The notes below the pieces were generated by a model. That model did no database searches, had not been told where the DNA came from, and saw only the letters and a program-made list of their open reading frames with translations. The translations under genes and the position numbers were made by a program. Positions 25,645 through 35,457 of a stretch of 47,955 nucleotides of DNA are shown here, in pieces (position 1 is the first letter of the stretch; every line of letters starts with the position of its first letter). This DNA comes from Acidobacteriaceae bacterium (GTDB lineage Bacteria > Acidobacteriota > Terriglobia > Terriglobales > Acidobacteriaceae): positions 1-47,955 of the forward strand of contig JASHVE010000441.1 of assembly GCA_030039675.1 (NCBI GenBank), given 5' to 3'.

Positions 25645-27945
25645 GTGCCCGGCCTTGAGACCCCAGCGATGTATGTGCGCGGTGTAGGTCCGCGCTTGGC
25701 GGAGATGCTTGCCGCCAGAGGCATTCAGACGGCCGAGGACCTGCTCTATCACCTGCCCTTTCGCTATGAGGACCGGCAGAATCCGCGCAGCCTGGACGAA
25801 TTGAAGGCGGGCGAGGTGGCCAGCGTGATCGCAGAGGTGCGCGGGACTGCGCTTCTGCGGACACGCAGAGCGCCGCTCTTCGAGGTCACGGTGGGACAGG
25901 GGCGGTTTGCGCTCAAGTGCATCTGGTTCAATGCGCCTTACCTGAAGGATAAGTTTCAAGCCGGGCAGACGGTGGCCGTCTACGGCAAGGTTGAGCCTTC
26001 GCGATCTGCACAAAAATCAGGAATGGGCAACCTGAAGATGATCCAGCCGCAGTTTGAGATTCTGCCCGACGCGAGCGACGATGCGGAAACCCGGCTTCTC
26101 GAAGTCGGCCGGATCACGCCGGTATACGAGTCGCTGGGCGGCAGCCGTCTGGCCTCGCGCTGGCAGCGCAAGGTCATCTTCCATCTGCTTGAAACGGTAC
26201 GCGGCGGGGTACCGGAGTGCCTGCCGCGCGTACTGCTCGAACGGCTCGATCTGCCCGATCGGGAAACGGCGCTGCGCGAGGTGCATTTTCCGGCCGAGAG
26301 AACCTCGTTCGCGCAATTGCAGTCCTTCTCCACGCCGGCGCACCGGCGGCTGATCTTCGAGGAGCTGTTTTTTCTCGAACTGGGGCTGGAACTGAAGCGG
26401 CGGCGCATGAAAGAGCGCGCTGGCATAGCGTTTGTCACAACCGACAATGTACGCGAGGCCCTGCGCGAGGTACTTCCCTTCCATCCGACGGCGGCGCAGA
26501 AGCGCGCGCTGGCTGAGATTGTGGCCGACATGCGCGAGCCCACCCCGATGCGCCGTCTGCTGCAAGGCGACGTGGGATCGGGCAAGACGATCGTTGCGCT
26601 ACAGGCGATGCTGGTGGCGATAGAAAACGGCTACCAGGCCGCGCTGATGGCTCCAACAGAGATTCTGGCCACGCAGCATTTTCTGGCGGCGCGCAAGCTG
26701 CTGGAGCGATCGAGCCGCAAGCCGCGCATCGTGCTGCTGACCGGTTCGCTCGACGAGGACCGCAAGCGTACGAACCGCGGGCTGATCAACCGCGGCGAGG
26801 CGCAACTGGTGATCGGCACACACGCGCTGATCGAAGAAAAAGTGGAGTTCGATAGGCTGGGACTGGTTGTTGTGGACGAGCAGCACCGCTTCGGCGTGCT
26901 GCAGCGGTTCCGGCTGATGAAGAAGCCGAGCCCAGATGGAACTGCGGGGCCGGAGCCGGATGTGCTGGTGATGACGGCCACGCCGATTCCGCGGACGCTG
27001 GCACTCTCGCTGTATGGCGATCTCGACTTAAGCGTCTTGGACGAGCTTCCGCCGGGGCGGACGCCGATTGTGACGCGGCGGGTCTCCGATGAGCGGGCAG
27101 TGGACGTATGGGAGTTTGTGCGTAAGCAGGTTGCATTGGGACGGCAAGCGTATGTGGTGTATCCGGTAATCGAGGGCGCGCAGGACGATCAGCCCGAGCT
27201 GGATTTCTCGCGGGATCCGGAAGACGGAGTTGCTGCTCAACCCTCTGAGCAAAAGAAGGCGGCGCGGCGCAAGCGGACTGAGAATTTGTTTCCGGAAGCT
27301 GCGCGAGAGGCGAATCCCGCTGCAAAATCGGGCCTCAAGTCCGCCGTGGAGATGCACGAGAAGCTGCGCACCGGAGCGTTGGCCGGCCTGCGCGTAGGTC
27401 TGCTGCACGGGAGGCTGGATGCGGACGACAAAGAGATGGTGATGCGCCGCTTTCAGCGGGGCGAGATCGACGTGCTGGTGGCGACGACGGTGATTGAGGT
27501 GGGCGTCGATGTGCCGAACGCGACCGTGATGGTGGTGGAACACGCCGAGCGCTTTGGATTGGCGCAACTGCACCAGCTGCGCGGTCGCGTGGGCCGCGGT
27601 GCGGCGAAGAGCTACTGCATCCTGCTCACCGGGCCACGTGTCTCTCCGCTGGCCGAAGAGCGGTTGAACGCCATGGTGCGGACCCAGGATGGCTTTGAGC
27701 TGGCGGAACTGGATCTGGCGATGCGGGGTCCGGGCGAGTTCTTTGGGACGCGCCAGGCGGGGCTGCCCGAGTTTCGCGTAGCCAGCCTGGTGCGCGACCG
27801 GCAGCTGCTGGAGCTTGCTAAAACGGAGGCGGCGCGGTTTGTCGGCGACTCGGGAGGCGAAGCCACAGAGGCTGAGCGGGCGCGCGTGCGGACGCAGCTT
27901 AAGGATGCCTGGCAGCGGCGCTATGGGCTGGTAGAGGCCGGCTGA
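25645..27945 (+). CDS. recG: ATP-dependent DNA helicase RecG
   Basis: LPFRYED, LQGDVGSGKT, VDEQHRFG, TATPIPRT, QLRGRVGR, RGPGEFFGTRQAG; start placed at GTG 25645. Confidence 0.98.
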   Translation: MPGLETPAMYVRGVGPRLAEMLAARGIQTAEDLLYHLPFRYEDRQNPRSLDELKAGEVASVIAEVRGTALLRTRRAPLFEVTVGQGRFALKCIWFNAPYLKDKFQAGQTVAVYGKVEPSRSAQKSGMGNLKMIQPQFEILPDASDDAETRLLEVGRITPVYESLGGSRLASRWQRKVIFHLLETVRGGVPECLPRVLLERLDLPDRETALREVHFPAERTSFAQLQSFSTPAHRRLIFEELFFLELGLELKRRRMKERAGIAFVTTDNVREALREVLPFHPTAAQKRALAEIVADMREPTPMRRLLQGDVGSGKTIVALQAMLVAIENGYQAALMAPTEILATQHFLAARKLLERSSRKPRIVLLTGSLDEDRKRTNRGLINRGEAQLVIGTHALIEEKVEFDRLGLVVVDEQHRFGVLQRFRLMKKPSPDGTAGPEPDVLVMTATPIPRTLALSLYGDLDLSVLDELPPGRTPIVTRRVSDERAVDVWEFVRKQVALGRQAYVVYPVIEGAQDDQPELDFSRDPEDGVAAQPSEQKKAARRKRTENLFPEAAREANPAAKSGLKSAVEMHEKLRTGALAGLRVGLLHGRLDADDKEMVMRRFQRGEIDVLVATTVIEVGVDVPNATVMVVEHAERFGLAQLHQLRGRVGRGAAKSYCILLTGPRVSPLAEERLNAMVRTQDGFELAELDLAMRGPGEFFGTRQAGLPEFRVASLVRDRQLLELAKTEAARFVGDSGGEATEAERARVRTQLKDAWQRRYGLVEAG

Positions 27946-27960
27946 AATGCGACGGGAATT

Positions 27961-28350
27961 TCAGGCGATGCCCGGAGCGGGAATGCAGCAGACCATCTCA
28001 ACCGGAAAGGTCTGGATCTCCAAATCAACGCTGGCGACGTCGGTTCCGCACTCCGGCTGGTGGTTGCGGGTGCACCGGCAGAGCTCGGTAAAGTGAATGT
28101 GCCCAGCCTGGCTAAGCTGCACCCCGGAGGCGATGAGAAGGCTGTACACCTCAATGCAGGCCTGACGTTCGAACTCGAAGAAGAGGTTCACCGTGCCATC
28201 GTCGTTGGCGCCGCGGCTCAGCACCCAACCGCCACAGCCCAGGATGGCTCCGGTGAGAAATTGCACCAGCCGTCCCGGCTCTTCGACCGAGACGGCGCGC
28301 AGCTGCAAGGCCCATGGGCCGGTGACATCGCCCAGCTCTCTATCTTGCAT
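27961..28350 (-). CDS. Hypothetical protein, possibly ACT-like, Cys/His-rich
   Basis: GAGG SD before MQDRELG; fills the recG-acpS gap; VSVEEPGRLVQFLTGAILGCGGWVLS resembles an ACT beta-alpha-beta segment. Confidence 0.72.
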   Translation of the reverse strand: MQDRELGDVTGPWALQLRAVSVEEPGRLVQFLTGAILGCGGWVLSRGANDDGTVNLFFEFERQACIEVYSLLIASGVQLSQAGHIHFTELCRCTRNHQPECGTDVASVDLEIQTFPVEMVCCIPAPGIA

Positions 28351-28562
28351 CTCTAACCTCACAAAAGGGTTATCGGAGAATGGCGGCGCGGAATCAGGAC
28401 TGTCGCGGAGTGGAACGGCCGCTGGCCGTTTCTGCGACAGATCGAGCTGCTGGCGGACCCATCCGCGGCTTCGCAGGTAATTTGTATGCGGAAATCGCGT
28501 GCTGCTCTTATCCGACCAAGGCGCGCCCCGCCGAAGCCGAATGTTGTAGTTTCGTAGACAGC

Positions 28563-28946
28563 ATGATTGTGGGCTCGGGTATCGATCTGGTGGAGATCGA
28601 GCGCATCCAACACTCCGTGGATCGTTACGGAGAGCGCTTTCTCAACCGCGTGTACACCGCCGCGGAGCAAGCGTACTGCGTGCGCAAGCGCGCGTCGGCA
28701 GAGAGCTTTGCGGCCCGTTTTGCGGCCAAAGAGGCGGCAGCCAAGGCGTTGGGAACCGGAATCAGCCGGGGAGTGAACTGGCTGGAGATTGAGGTTGTGC
28801 GCGAGCCGGGCGGACGACCCGGGGTGGTGTTCCACGGCCGTGCGGCTCAAATTGCTGCCAGCCTGGGTGTGGCGCGAGCGGCTCTATCCCTGAGCCACAC
28901 CGCCGCCCTGGCGATGGCCAGCGTGGTTTTGGAAGACGAATGCTAA
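28563..28946 (+). CDS. acpS: Holo-[acyl-carrier-protein] synthase
   Basis: MIVGSGIDLVEI, FAARFAAKEA..KALGTG, SLSH. Confidence 0.96.
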   Translation: MIVGSGIDLVEIERIQHSVDRYGERFLNRVYTAAEQAYCVRKRASAESFAARFAAKEAAAKALGTGISRGVNWLEIEVVREPGGRPGVVFHGRAAQIAASLGVARAALSLSHTAALAMASVVLEDEC

Positions 28947-29098
28947 GGGGTCCGTCTGCTATTCTCAAGGCGATGATCGGCTTGCAGTATTTAGGGAGCG
29001 GAGACTCGACCAAAACCCTCCCGCCGGGAGAACAGTAAACGGCCGGATGTAAAAAGCGCATTGCTTTCTGAAATACCTATTTCAGCAAGAGGAGCGAC

Positions 29099-30175
29099 GT
29101 GCCAACTCGCAAAGAGATTGAATGGTCACAACTGAGGGTGGGAGCCTTGGTCCTGGTGGCCATGGCCGTGTTGGTCGGACTCATCTTTCTCATGTCTGGC
29201 TCAACAGGGGGGCTCTTTGCCAAGAAGCTCATACTTCGCAGTTATTTCACTAATGCAGCCGGGCTAAAAGACGGCGCGCCGGTAACGCTGCAGGGAGTCA
29301 CCATTGGGAATGTCACGCGGATCGGCGTGGTGCCGTCGCGCAACCCCTCCCCGGTGGAAGTTCGCATGCAGGTCGGGCGTGAGTGGATGAGCGGCCTGCA
29401 TACGGATTCCACGGCCGGAATTGCGCAGGCCGGCGTGTTGGGAGACAGCTATGTCGATATCGACTCGACTCACGCCACCGGCCCTCCTCCACCCGACAAC
29501 GCAGAGTTGAAAGCAGCCGGCTCGCCTACGATCCAGGATGTCATCCAAAGCAGCCAGACATCGATTCTGCAGATTCAGCGGCTGACGGTGAAGCTTGAGA
29601 AGCTAATCGATTCTATGAACTCCGAGCGGGGCACCGTCGGAAAACTCATCAACGACCCCACGTTCGCCAAGAGCTTCGTTTCCATTACCAACAACCTGCA
29701 GAACATTACCGATGCCATCGCCAGCGAGAAGGGTACGGCAGGCAAGCTGATCTACGACGACACGCTCTACACAAAGCTGAACTCCAGCGTGGACAAGCTG
29801 GACCAGATCACCACGGCACTCAACGAAGGAAAAGGCACCGCGGGCAAGCTGCTCAAAGACGATTCCCTCTATAAGAACCTGAATGCGACGCTCGAGAATA
29901 CGAATCAGCTCGTAGCCGAGATCAACGCCGGCCACGGCGCGCTGGGCAAGCTGGCCAGGGACCCCGCCTTCGCGCAAAAGATGGACGACACGGTTACTCA
30001 TCTCAACGGGGTCCTAAAGAGCCTCGACGAGGGCCAGGGAACCGCTGCGCAGCTCATCCACAACCCTTCGCTGTATAACAACCTCAACGCGACCCTGGAT
30101 TCAACCCGCGACCTGATCAAGGCATTCCGCGAAGACCCGAAAAAGTATCTGGTCATCCATCTGAAGATTTTCTGA
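29099..30175 (+). CDS. MlaD/MCE-family protein with a long helical repeat tail
   Basis: N-terminal TM; AAGLKDGAPVTLQGVTIGNV..., GVLGDSYVDI; GAGGAG SD. Confidence 0.92.
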   Translation: MPTRKEIEWSQLRVGALVLVAMAVLVGLIFLMSGSTGGLFAKKLILRSYFTNAAGLKDGAPVTLQGVTIGNVTRIGVVPSRNPSPVEVRMQVGREWMSGLHTDSTAGIAQAGVLGDSYVDIDSTHATGPPPPDNAELKAAGSPTIQDVIQSSQTSILQIQRLTVKLEKLIDSMNSERGTVGKLINDPTFAKSFVSITNNLQNITDAIASEKGTAGKLIYDDTLYTKLNSSVDKLDQITTALNEGKGTAGKLLKDDSLYKNLNATLENTNQLVAEINAGHGALGKLARDPAFAQKMDDTVTHLNGVLKSLDEGQGTAAQLIHNPSLYNNLNATLDSTRDLIKAFREDPKKYLVIHLKIF

Positions 30176-30207
30176 AAGGTACATCGCCAGCTGCGAGCGC
30201 GGCGTCA

Positions 30208-31134
30208 CTAGGACGCTGCGCCGCGGAAGATCCGCCAGAATTCCAGGAAGGCCTTGAGTCGCACCACGTGAAAATAATCGGTTGCGACGAGATAGAAGAC
30301 TGCCGACCCGGCCCACACGAAGTGGAGCGAGCCGGCGCCTAATTGGTCGCTAAACGGCAGCGGCGCCGCAGAGAATACGATTGCCAGCACGATGAGCGCA
30401 ATCTTGACAATGCCCATCACGAGGTTGATCTCAGCCAGCTTGCCGGTGAATGCTTTTCCCAACCTGAAGCTCCGGCCAAGGGAAGAAAGCACGGAGCATC
30501 TTTCCAGCAAAACGAGAAGAGGCGCGATCGACAGCACCCAGCTCATCAGCGCCCAGACTGTGAAGAAGCCGAGCGAGAGAAAGATAGCCCAGGTCGCATA
30601 GCCCACCAGATCGGGCTCCCCGGATGCCGTGATGTGCGTGGCGGCAGCCCACTGGATGGAACGAAACCATCCCCAGAACGTGAGCGCCAGCAGACACACC
30701 CACGCCGCCTGAAGGGCAATCATCGCACCAGGGCGGAATCGAAGGCCAGGCTCCATTCTCATCAGCAACAGGTTGCGGCCCAGGCCGGAGACGACGATCC
30801 AGAGCGCAGCCGCGGCCGGAAGGAACCAGCGCAGCACATCGGCTACATGAGGCGCGTAGTAGGTCCACACTGTGGCAAGCTGCACTACCGCGATCCAGGG
30901 ATTTTGCGCATCGATGGAGCTCACGCCGGAGGAAGCCACTGGATAGGCGGTGAGCATCTGCTGCGCCTGGTTCCAGGCGACGAGAAGGATGGGAATGCCC
31001 GCCAGCCAGCGCCATCCCACCTCAATGGCGACGAGCAACGGGCGTTTCAAGATCGCGCCCATGTGCTCGACGAGGAACTGCGTTCCGCGTATCGGCGCAG
31101 TACCGCGCGAAGCCGCCATGGGACGCCCGCTCAC
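30208..31134 (-). CDS. Hypothetical polytopic membrane protein coupled to leuS
   Basis: About 6 hydrophobic segments; GTGA overlap with the leuS stop (alternative ATG 31119). Confidence 0.8.
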   Translation of the reverse strand: MSGRPMAASRGTAPIRGTQFLVEHMGAILKRPLLVAIEVGWRWLAGIPILLVAWNQAQQMLTAYPVASSGVSSIDAQNPWIAVVQLATVWTYYAPHVADVLRWFLPAAAALWIVVSGLGRNLLLMRMEPGLRFRPGAMIALQAAWVCLLALTFWGWFRSIQWAAATHITASGEPDLVGYATWAIFLSLGFFTVWALMSWVLSIAPLLVLLERCSVLSSLGRSFRLGKAFTGKLAEINLVMGIVKIALIVLAIVFSAAPLPFSDQLGAGSLHFVWAGSAVFYLVATDYFHVVRLKAFLEFWRIFRGAAS

Positions 31135-33674
31135 TTCACAACCAGGTTGACTGCCCTACCCGGCACTACTATCACTTTGACCACCGTCTTGCCAGCGATG
31201 CGCGCGTGCACCTTCTCATCGGCCAGCGCGGCAGCTTGGATGGCCTTGGCGTCTGCATCCGGCGCCACGCGGACAACTGTCACCAGTTTGCCATTGATCT
31301 GGACGGGGATCTCGATCTCATCTTCTTTGGCAAGCCCGGGATCGCACTTCGGCCAGGGCGCCCGCAGAATCGGGGTACCCGGCGGCGGGTTCTCGTCGCT
31401 GAGGTGCAGAGTTGCGCCTTGGCTGCCCAACTCTTCCCACAGCTCGGCCGCAAGATACGGCGCGAACGGCGCCAGCAGCAGCACCAGATTGTGCAGCAGT
31501 TCGCGCACCACCGCTGCCGGAACTTCGCCTGAGGTAAGCTGCGCGTCCGCGGCCTGCAATTCATTAACGAACTCCATGATGGCAGCGACACAGGTGTTGA
31601 AGTGCCAGCGGCCTTCGAAGTCATGGGTGATTTTGGCAATGGTTTGATGAAGCTTGCGCATCAGGGCTCCGCCCTCTTGTGTTTTGGAGGAGTTTTGGGG
31701 CTCGGACGCAACGGCGCGCGCAGCAGGTGCATGCTTGGCGGTCAGCCGCCAGACGCGGCCCAGGAAGCGGCTGATGCCCGCTACGCCATCTTCCTGCCAA
31801 TCGAGATCGCGATCGGGCGGCGCGGCAAAGAGCGCATACATGCGCGTGGCGTCGGCCCCGTAGCGCGCGACCATGTCATCGGGCGAAACCACGTTGCCCT
31901 TGGACTTGGACATCTTCGCGCCGTCTTTGATGACCATGCCCTGCGTGAAGAGGCGCTGCGCGGGCTCGTCGTTTTTGATCATGCCCAGGTCGCGCATCAC
32001 CTTGGTCCAGAAGCGCGAATAGATCAGGTGCAGAATGGCGTGCTCTACGCCGCCGATGTACTGGTCGATGGAAAACCAGTACTGCGCGATCGAGGAGTCA
32101 AAGGGTGCGTTTGCGTTCTTCGCATCCGTATAGCGGTAGAAGTACCAGCTCGAGTCGACAAAGGTGTCCATCGTATCCGTCTCGCGCTTAGCTGCGTGAC
32201 CACACTTCGGGCACTTGACATTGACGAACTCCGGTACGCGTGAGAGCGGAGAGCCACCTGTCTGCGTGATCTCGATCTTTTCAGGCAACAGAACGGGCAA
32301 CTGTTCGTCAGGCACCTGCACGAGGCCGTCGCGCTCGCAGTGGATCATCGGGATGGGCGTGCCCCAGTAGCGCTGGCGGCTCACGCCCCAGTCCTTCAGC
32401 CGGAAGGTGACTGTAGCTTCGCCAAAAGCGTTGCGCACCGCAACTTCCTGGAGGCGTTTTTGCGCCTCTGCGCAGCTCAGGCCGTTGTACTCGCCGGAGT
32501 TGACGAGCACGCCGTCTTCTGAGACGAACGGGAGCTTCACTCCGACCTCGTTTTGGACTGGCCGAATCACCTCACGAATCGGAATCGCATACTTCTTTGC
32601 GAATTCGAAGTCGCGCTCATCGTGCCCCGGAACGCTCATGATCGCACCGGTGCCGTAGTCCATCAGCACATAATTGGCGACCCAGATCGGAATCAGCTCG
32701 CCGTTGTAGGGATTGATGGCGAAGTGGCCGGTGGGAACGCCGTGCTTCTCGATGGCGCCGACGTCTCCGGACTCCCTGGCCTTCTTCTGTTCCTCGATCA
32801 GAGTGGAGACCTGCACCTTCAATCCGGCGTCAGCCTGAGCCAGAGCTGTCACCAGCGGATGCTCGGGCGCCAGTTGCACACTGGTGGCGCCAAAAATCGT
32901 GTCGACGCGCGTGGTGAAGACACGAATCTTCTCGCTGCGGTTCTCGACTGCAAAATCTATCTCGGTTCCCTCGCTGCGGCCGATCCAGTTGCGCTGCATG
33001 GTGCGCACCTTTTCGGGCCAGCCTTCCAGCTTATCGAGCCCGTCGAGCAGTTCCTGCGCGTAGGCGGTGATGCGGAAGAACCACTGCTCCAGGTCGCGCT
33101 GCTCAACCAGCGTATCTTCATGCCGCCAGCAGTAGCCGTTGATGACCTGCTCGTTGGCCAGCACGGTAGCGCACTCGGGGCACCAGTTGACCTTGCTCTT
33201 CTTGCGGTAGACCAGGCCCTTCTCGTACATGCGCAGAAAGAACCACTGGTTCCAGCGGTAGTACTCGGGCAGACAAGTAGTGACTTCCGTGGCCCAGTCA
33301 TAGCTGAAGCCGATGCGCTGCATCTGCCGCTTCATCGCGGCGATGTTCGAGAGCGTCCACTCACGCGGAGGCGTGTTATTCTTGAGCGCCGCGTTTTCGG
33401 CGGGCAGGCCGAAGGCGTCCCAGCCCATGGGGTGCAGCACGTTGTAGCCGCGCATCCACATGTAGCGCGCCAGCGCGTCGCCGATGGAGTAGTTGCGCAC
33501 GTGCCCCATATGCAACTGGCCGCTCGGGTAGGGCAGCATTTCGAGAACGTAGTACTTGGGCTTACCGTTGGAAACAGGCTCAGCCGCGTACAATTTGGGG
33601 TCCGCAGCCCAACGCTGCTGCCATTTGGTCTCGATCGCCGCCGGATCGTACCGCAGTTCTTTCTCGTCAGACAT
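31131..33674 (-). CDS. leuS: Leucine--tRNA ligase
   Basis: PYPSGQLHMGH, FTTRVDT editing domain, SRQRYWG, GGVEHA, KMSKSKGN. Confidence 0.99.
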   Translation of the reverse strand: MSDEKELRYDPAAIETKWQQRWAADPKLYAAEPVSNGKPKYYVLEMLPYPSGQLHMGHVRNYSIGDALARYMWMRGYNVLHPMGWDAFGLPAENAALKNNTPPREWTLSNIAAMKRQMQRIGFSYDWATEVTTCLPEYYRWNQWFFLRMYEKGLVYRKKSKVNWCPECATVLANEQVINGYCWRHEDTLVEQRDLEQWFFRITAYAQELLDGLDKLEGWPEKVRTMQRNWIGRSEGTEIDFAVENRSEKIRVFTTRVDTIFGATSVQLAPEHPLVTALAQADAGLKVQVSTLIEEQKKARESGDVGAIEKHGVPTGHFAINPYNGELIPIWVANYVLMDYGTGAIMSVPGHDERDFEFAKKYAIPIREVIRPVQNEVGVKLPFVSEDGVLVNSGEYNGLSCAEAQKRLQEVAVRNAFGEATVTFRLKDWGVSRQRYWGTPIPMIHCERDGLVQVPDEQLPVLLPEKIEITQTGGSPLSRVPEFVNVKCPKCGHAAKRETDTMDTFVDSSWYFYRYTDAKNANAPFDSSIAQYWFSIDQYIGGVEHAILHLIYSRFWTKVMRDLGMIKNDEPAQRLFTQGMVIKDGAKMSKSKGNVVSPDDMVARYGADATRMYALFAAPPDRDLDWQEDGVAGISRFLGRVWRLTAKHAPAARAVASEPQNSSKTQEGGALMRKLHQTIAKITHDFEGRWHFNTCVAAIMEFVNELQAADAQLTSGEVPAAVVRELLHNLVLLLAPFAPYLAAELWEELGSQGATLHLSDENPPPGTPILRAPWPKCDPGLAKEDEIEIPVQINGKLVTVVRVAPDADAKAIQAAALADEKVHARIAGKTVVKVIVVPGRAVNLVVK
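31371..31409 (-). repeat. Decayed palindromic element inserted in-frame in leuS (LHLSDENPPPGTP)
   Basis: About 13 extra residues between ELWEELG and ILRAPWP; DNA CACCTCAGCGAC-GAGAACCC-GCCGCCGGGTACCCCG is an imperfect inverted repeat. Confidence 0.5.
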
Positions 33675-33700
33675 AACCTTTCAGTGTAAATGGAAGGACG

Positions 33701-34564
33701 TCAGCTTTGTGCGCTCACCAGGCTCTTCAGCACACGTACATTCCGCTCTTCGTCGCCGGGTTCGTCAACGGGCGTTTCGGCGATAAACGCACAATGATTG
33801 AAGCGGGAATCGTTGAGCAGCCAGCGGAACGGCTCGACGCCGATGTTTCCCTGCCCGATGTGCTCATGGCGGTCAAGTTTGGTGCCGCGCGCGGCTTTTG
33901 CATCATTGCAATGCCATACGCGCACAGCATCGAAACCGGTGGTGGCGGCCACCTGGTTCATGGTTTCGGCATAGCCCTCCGCGGTGACGATGTCGTAGCC
34001 GGAGACGTGTGTATGACACGTGTCGAGACATACGCCGACCGGCGCATGGGCCTTCAACCGCGCAACCAGCTCGGCTACCTGCTCGAAGTTGCCGCCCAGA
34101 GAGCACTCCGCGCCAGCTGTGTTTTCAATCAGGATGCTGAAACTTGTTTCCTGCCACGGCAGGCCGTCAATGGCCTTCTCGATCGACTGGGCTGCAAGTT
34201 TCAATCCTTCGTCGCGCGTGAGTCCCTTCCACGAACCAGGATGCAGTACGAGATATTCCGCGCCCAGAGCCAGCGCCCGCTCGACTTCCCCGCGAAAAGC
34301 AGCAATGCTCTTCACCCGCGTCTCTTCGGACTGGCTGCAGACATTCACCAGATAGCTGGTGTGGATTACCAGAGGACCAACGTTGAGTTCAGCGCGCAGA
34401 GTACGCATCCGCTCACACTGCTTCGGGTCAGGCTTGGGCGCGCGCCACATGCGCGGACTGGAAGAAAAAATCTGAAAGGTATTCGCGCCGATCTCCTGCG
34501 CGCGTTCGACTGCTTTGGAAGCTCCGCCTGCTGTGCCCAGATGCACTCCGATTCGCTTTGCCAT
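33701..34564 (-). CDS. nfo: Endonuclease IV
   Basis: IGVH, FQIFSSSPRMW, HTSYLVN, HPGS, ENTAG, DTCH, HCND, DRHEHIG, ETP. Confidence 0.96.
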   Translation of the reverse strand: MAKRIGVHLGTAGGASKAVERAQEIGANTFQIFSSSPRMWRAPKPDPKQCERMRTLRAELNVGPLVIHTSYLVNVCSQSEETRVKSIAAFRGEVERALALGAEYLVLHPGSWKGLTRDEGLKLAAQSIEKAIDGLPWQETSFSILIENTAGAECSLGGNFEQVAELVARLKAHAPVGVCLDTCHTHVSGYDIVTAEGYAETMNQVAATTGFDAVRVWHCNDAKAARGTKLDRHEHIGQGNIGVEPFRWLLNDSRFNHCAFIAETPVDEPGDEERNVRVLKSLVSAQS

Positions 34565-34606
34565 GCGAACAGTCTAATCGGCAGAGCTTCCGCGCAAGCT
34601 GGCGCT

Positions 34607-35422
34607 TCAGGCGGTCCAGGCGACAGCGCGATTGGCGCGGCTGCTGGAGATATAACCCATGTCCGCGGAGATGCCACGCACGCATTGCAGCAGATGGTTC
34701 GCGATTGACGGCAGCTTTTGCGCGGTCACACGGAACGAGGGCCCGGAAACGCTGACTGCAGCGACGGGCAGGCGCTGTGCGTCGAGAAGCGGTACCGCGA
34801 TGCAGCGCAGGCCCTCTTCCAGTTCCTCGTCATCCACCGCGTATCCGCGACGGCGCGTCTTTTCCATCTCCGCGCGCAAAGCTTCCGGCGTTGCGATGGT
34901 GCGGTGGGTCAGGCGCTCGAAGCGGATGCGGCGCACGACGTCCGCTGCGCGCTCCGGCGGCAAAAAGGCCAGAATCGCTTTGCCCACCGAGGTACAGTGC
35001 ACCGGATTGCTGGCCCCAATGCGTGTAATCATGCGAACTGAGCGGGCCGGCTCGATCTTGTCGAGGTAGATAACGCGCGCTGCCTCAAGAATGCAGAGGT
35101 GGGCAGTCTCTTCGGTCTCTGCCACCAACCGGCGCAGGTGAGGCTGCGCGCGGTCGCGCAGGTCGTATTGCTCGATCGCGCGGTTGCCGAAGTCAAAGAG
35201 CCGAAGACCGAGGCGGAATTTTCCATTCGAGGTGCGCTCCACCATGCGGTGACGCTCTAGGACCATCAAAAAGCGGTGCGCAGTGCTCTTGTGCAACTGC
35301 AACGATGAAGCCACCTGGGCTAAACCGAGCGGAGTTTCGCTTTCACCAAGCAAATCCAGTACGGCAAAGGCCCGGTCGAGAGCCTGAACTTTGTACGTGC
35401 CTTGCGGAGCGGTATCTCGCAT
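34607..35422 (-). CDS. IclR-family transcriptional regulator
   Basis: VQALDRAFAVLD, LHKSTAHR, HCTSVGKA, GYAVDDEE..GLRCIAVP. Confidence 0.95.
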   Translation of the reverse strand: MRDTAPQGTYKVQALDRAFAVLDLLGESETPLGLAQVASSLQLHKSTAHRFLMVLERHRMVERTSNGKFRLGLRLFDFGNRAIEQYDLRDRAQPHLRRLVAETEETAHLCILEAARVIYLDKIEPARSVRMITRIGASNPVHCTSVGKAILAFLPPERAADVVRRIRFERLTHRTIATPEALRAEMEKTRRRGYAVDDEELEEGLRCIAVPLLDAQRLPVAAVSVSGPSFRVTAQKLPSIANHLLQCVRGISADMGYISSSRANRAVAWTA

Positions 35423-35457
35423 TGTGATCCTCTATTCCGCGCATTGGTCGCGCTTTC

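Noticed and set aside
28367-28395. Sigma28-like CCGATAA upstream of the 28350 gene (and CCGACGAA near 22790)
   Set aside because: No properly spaced TAAA -35 element.
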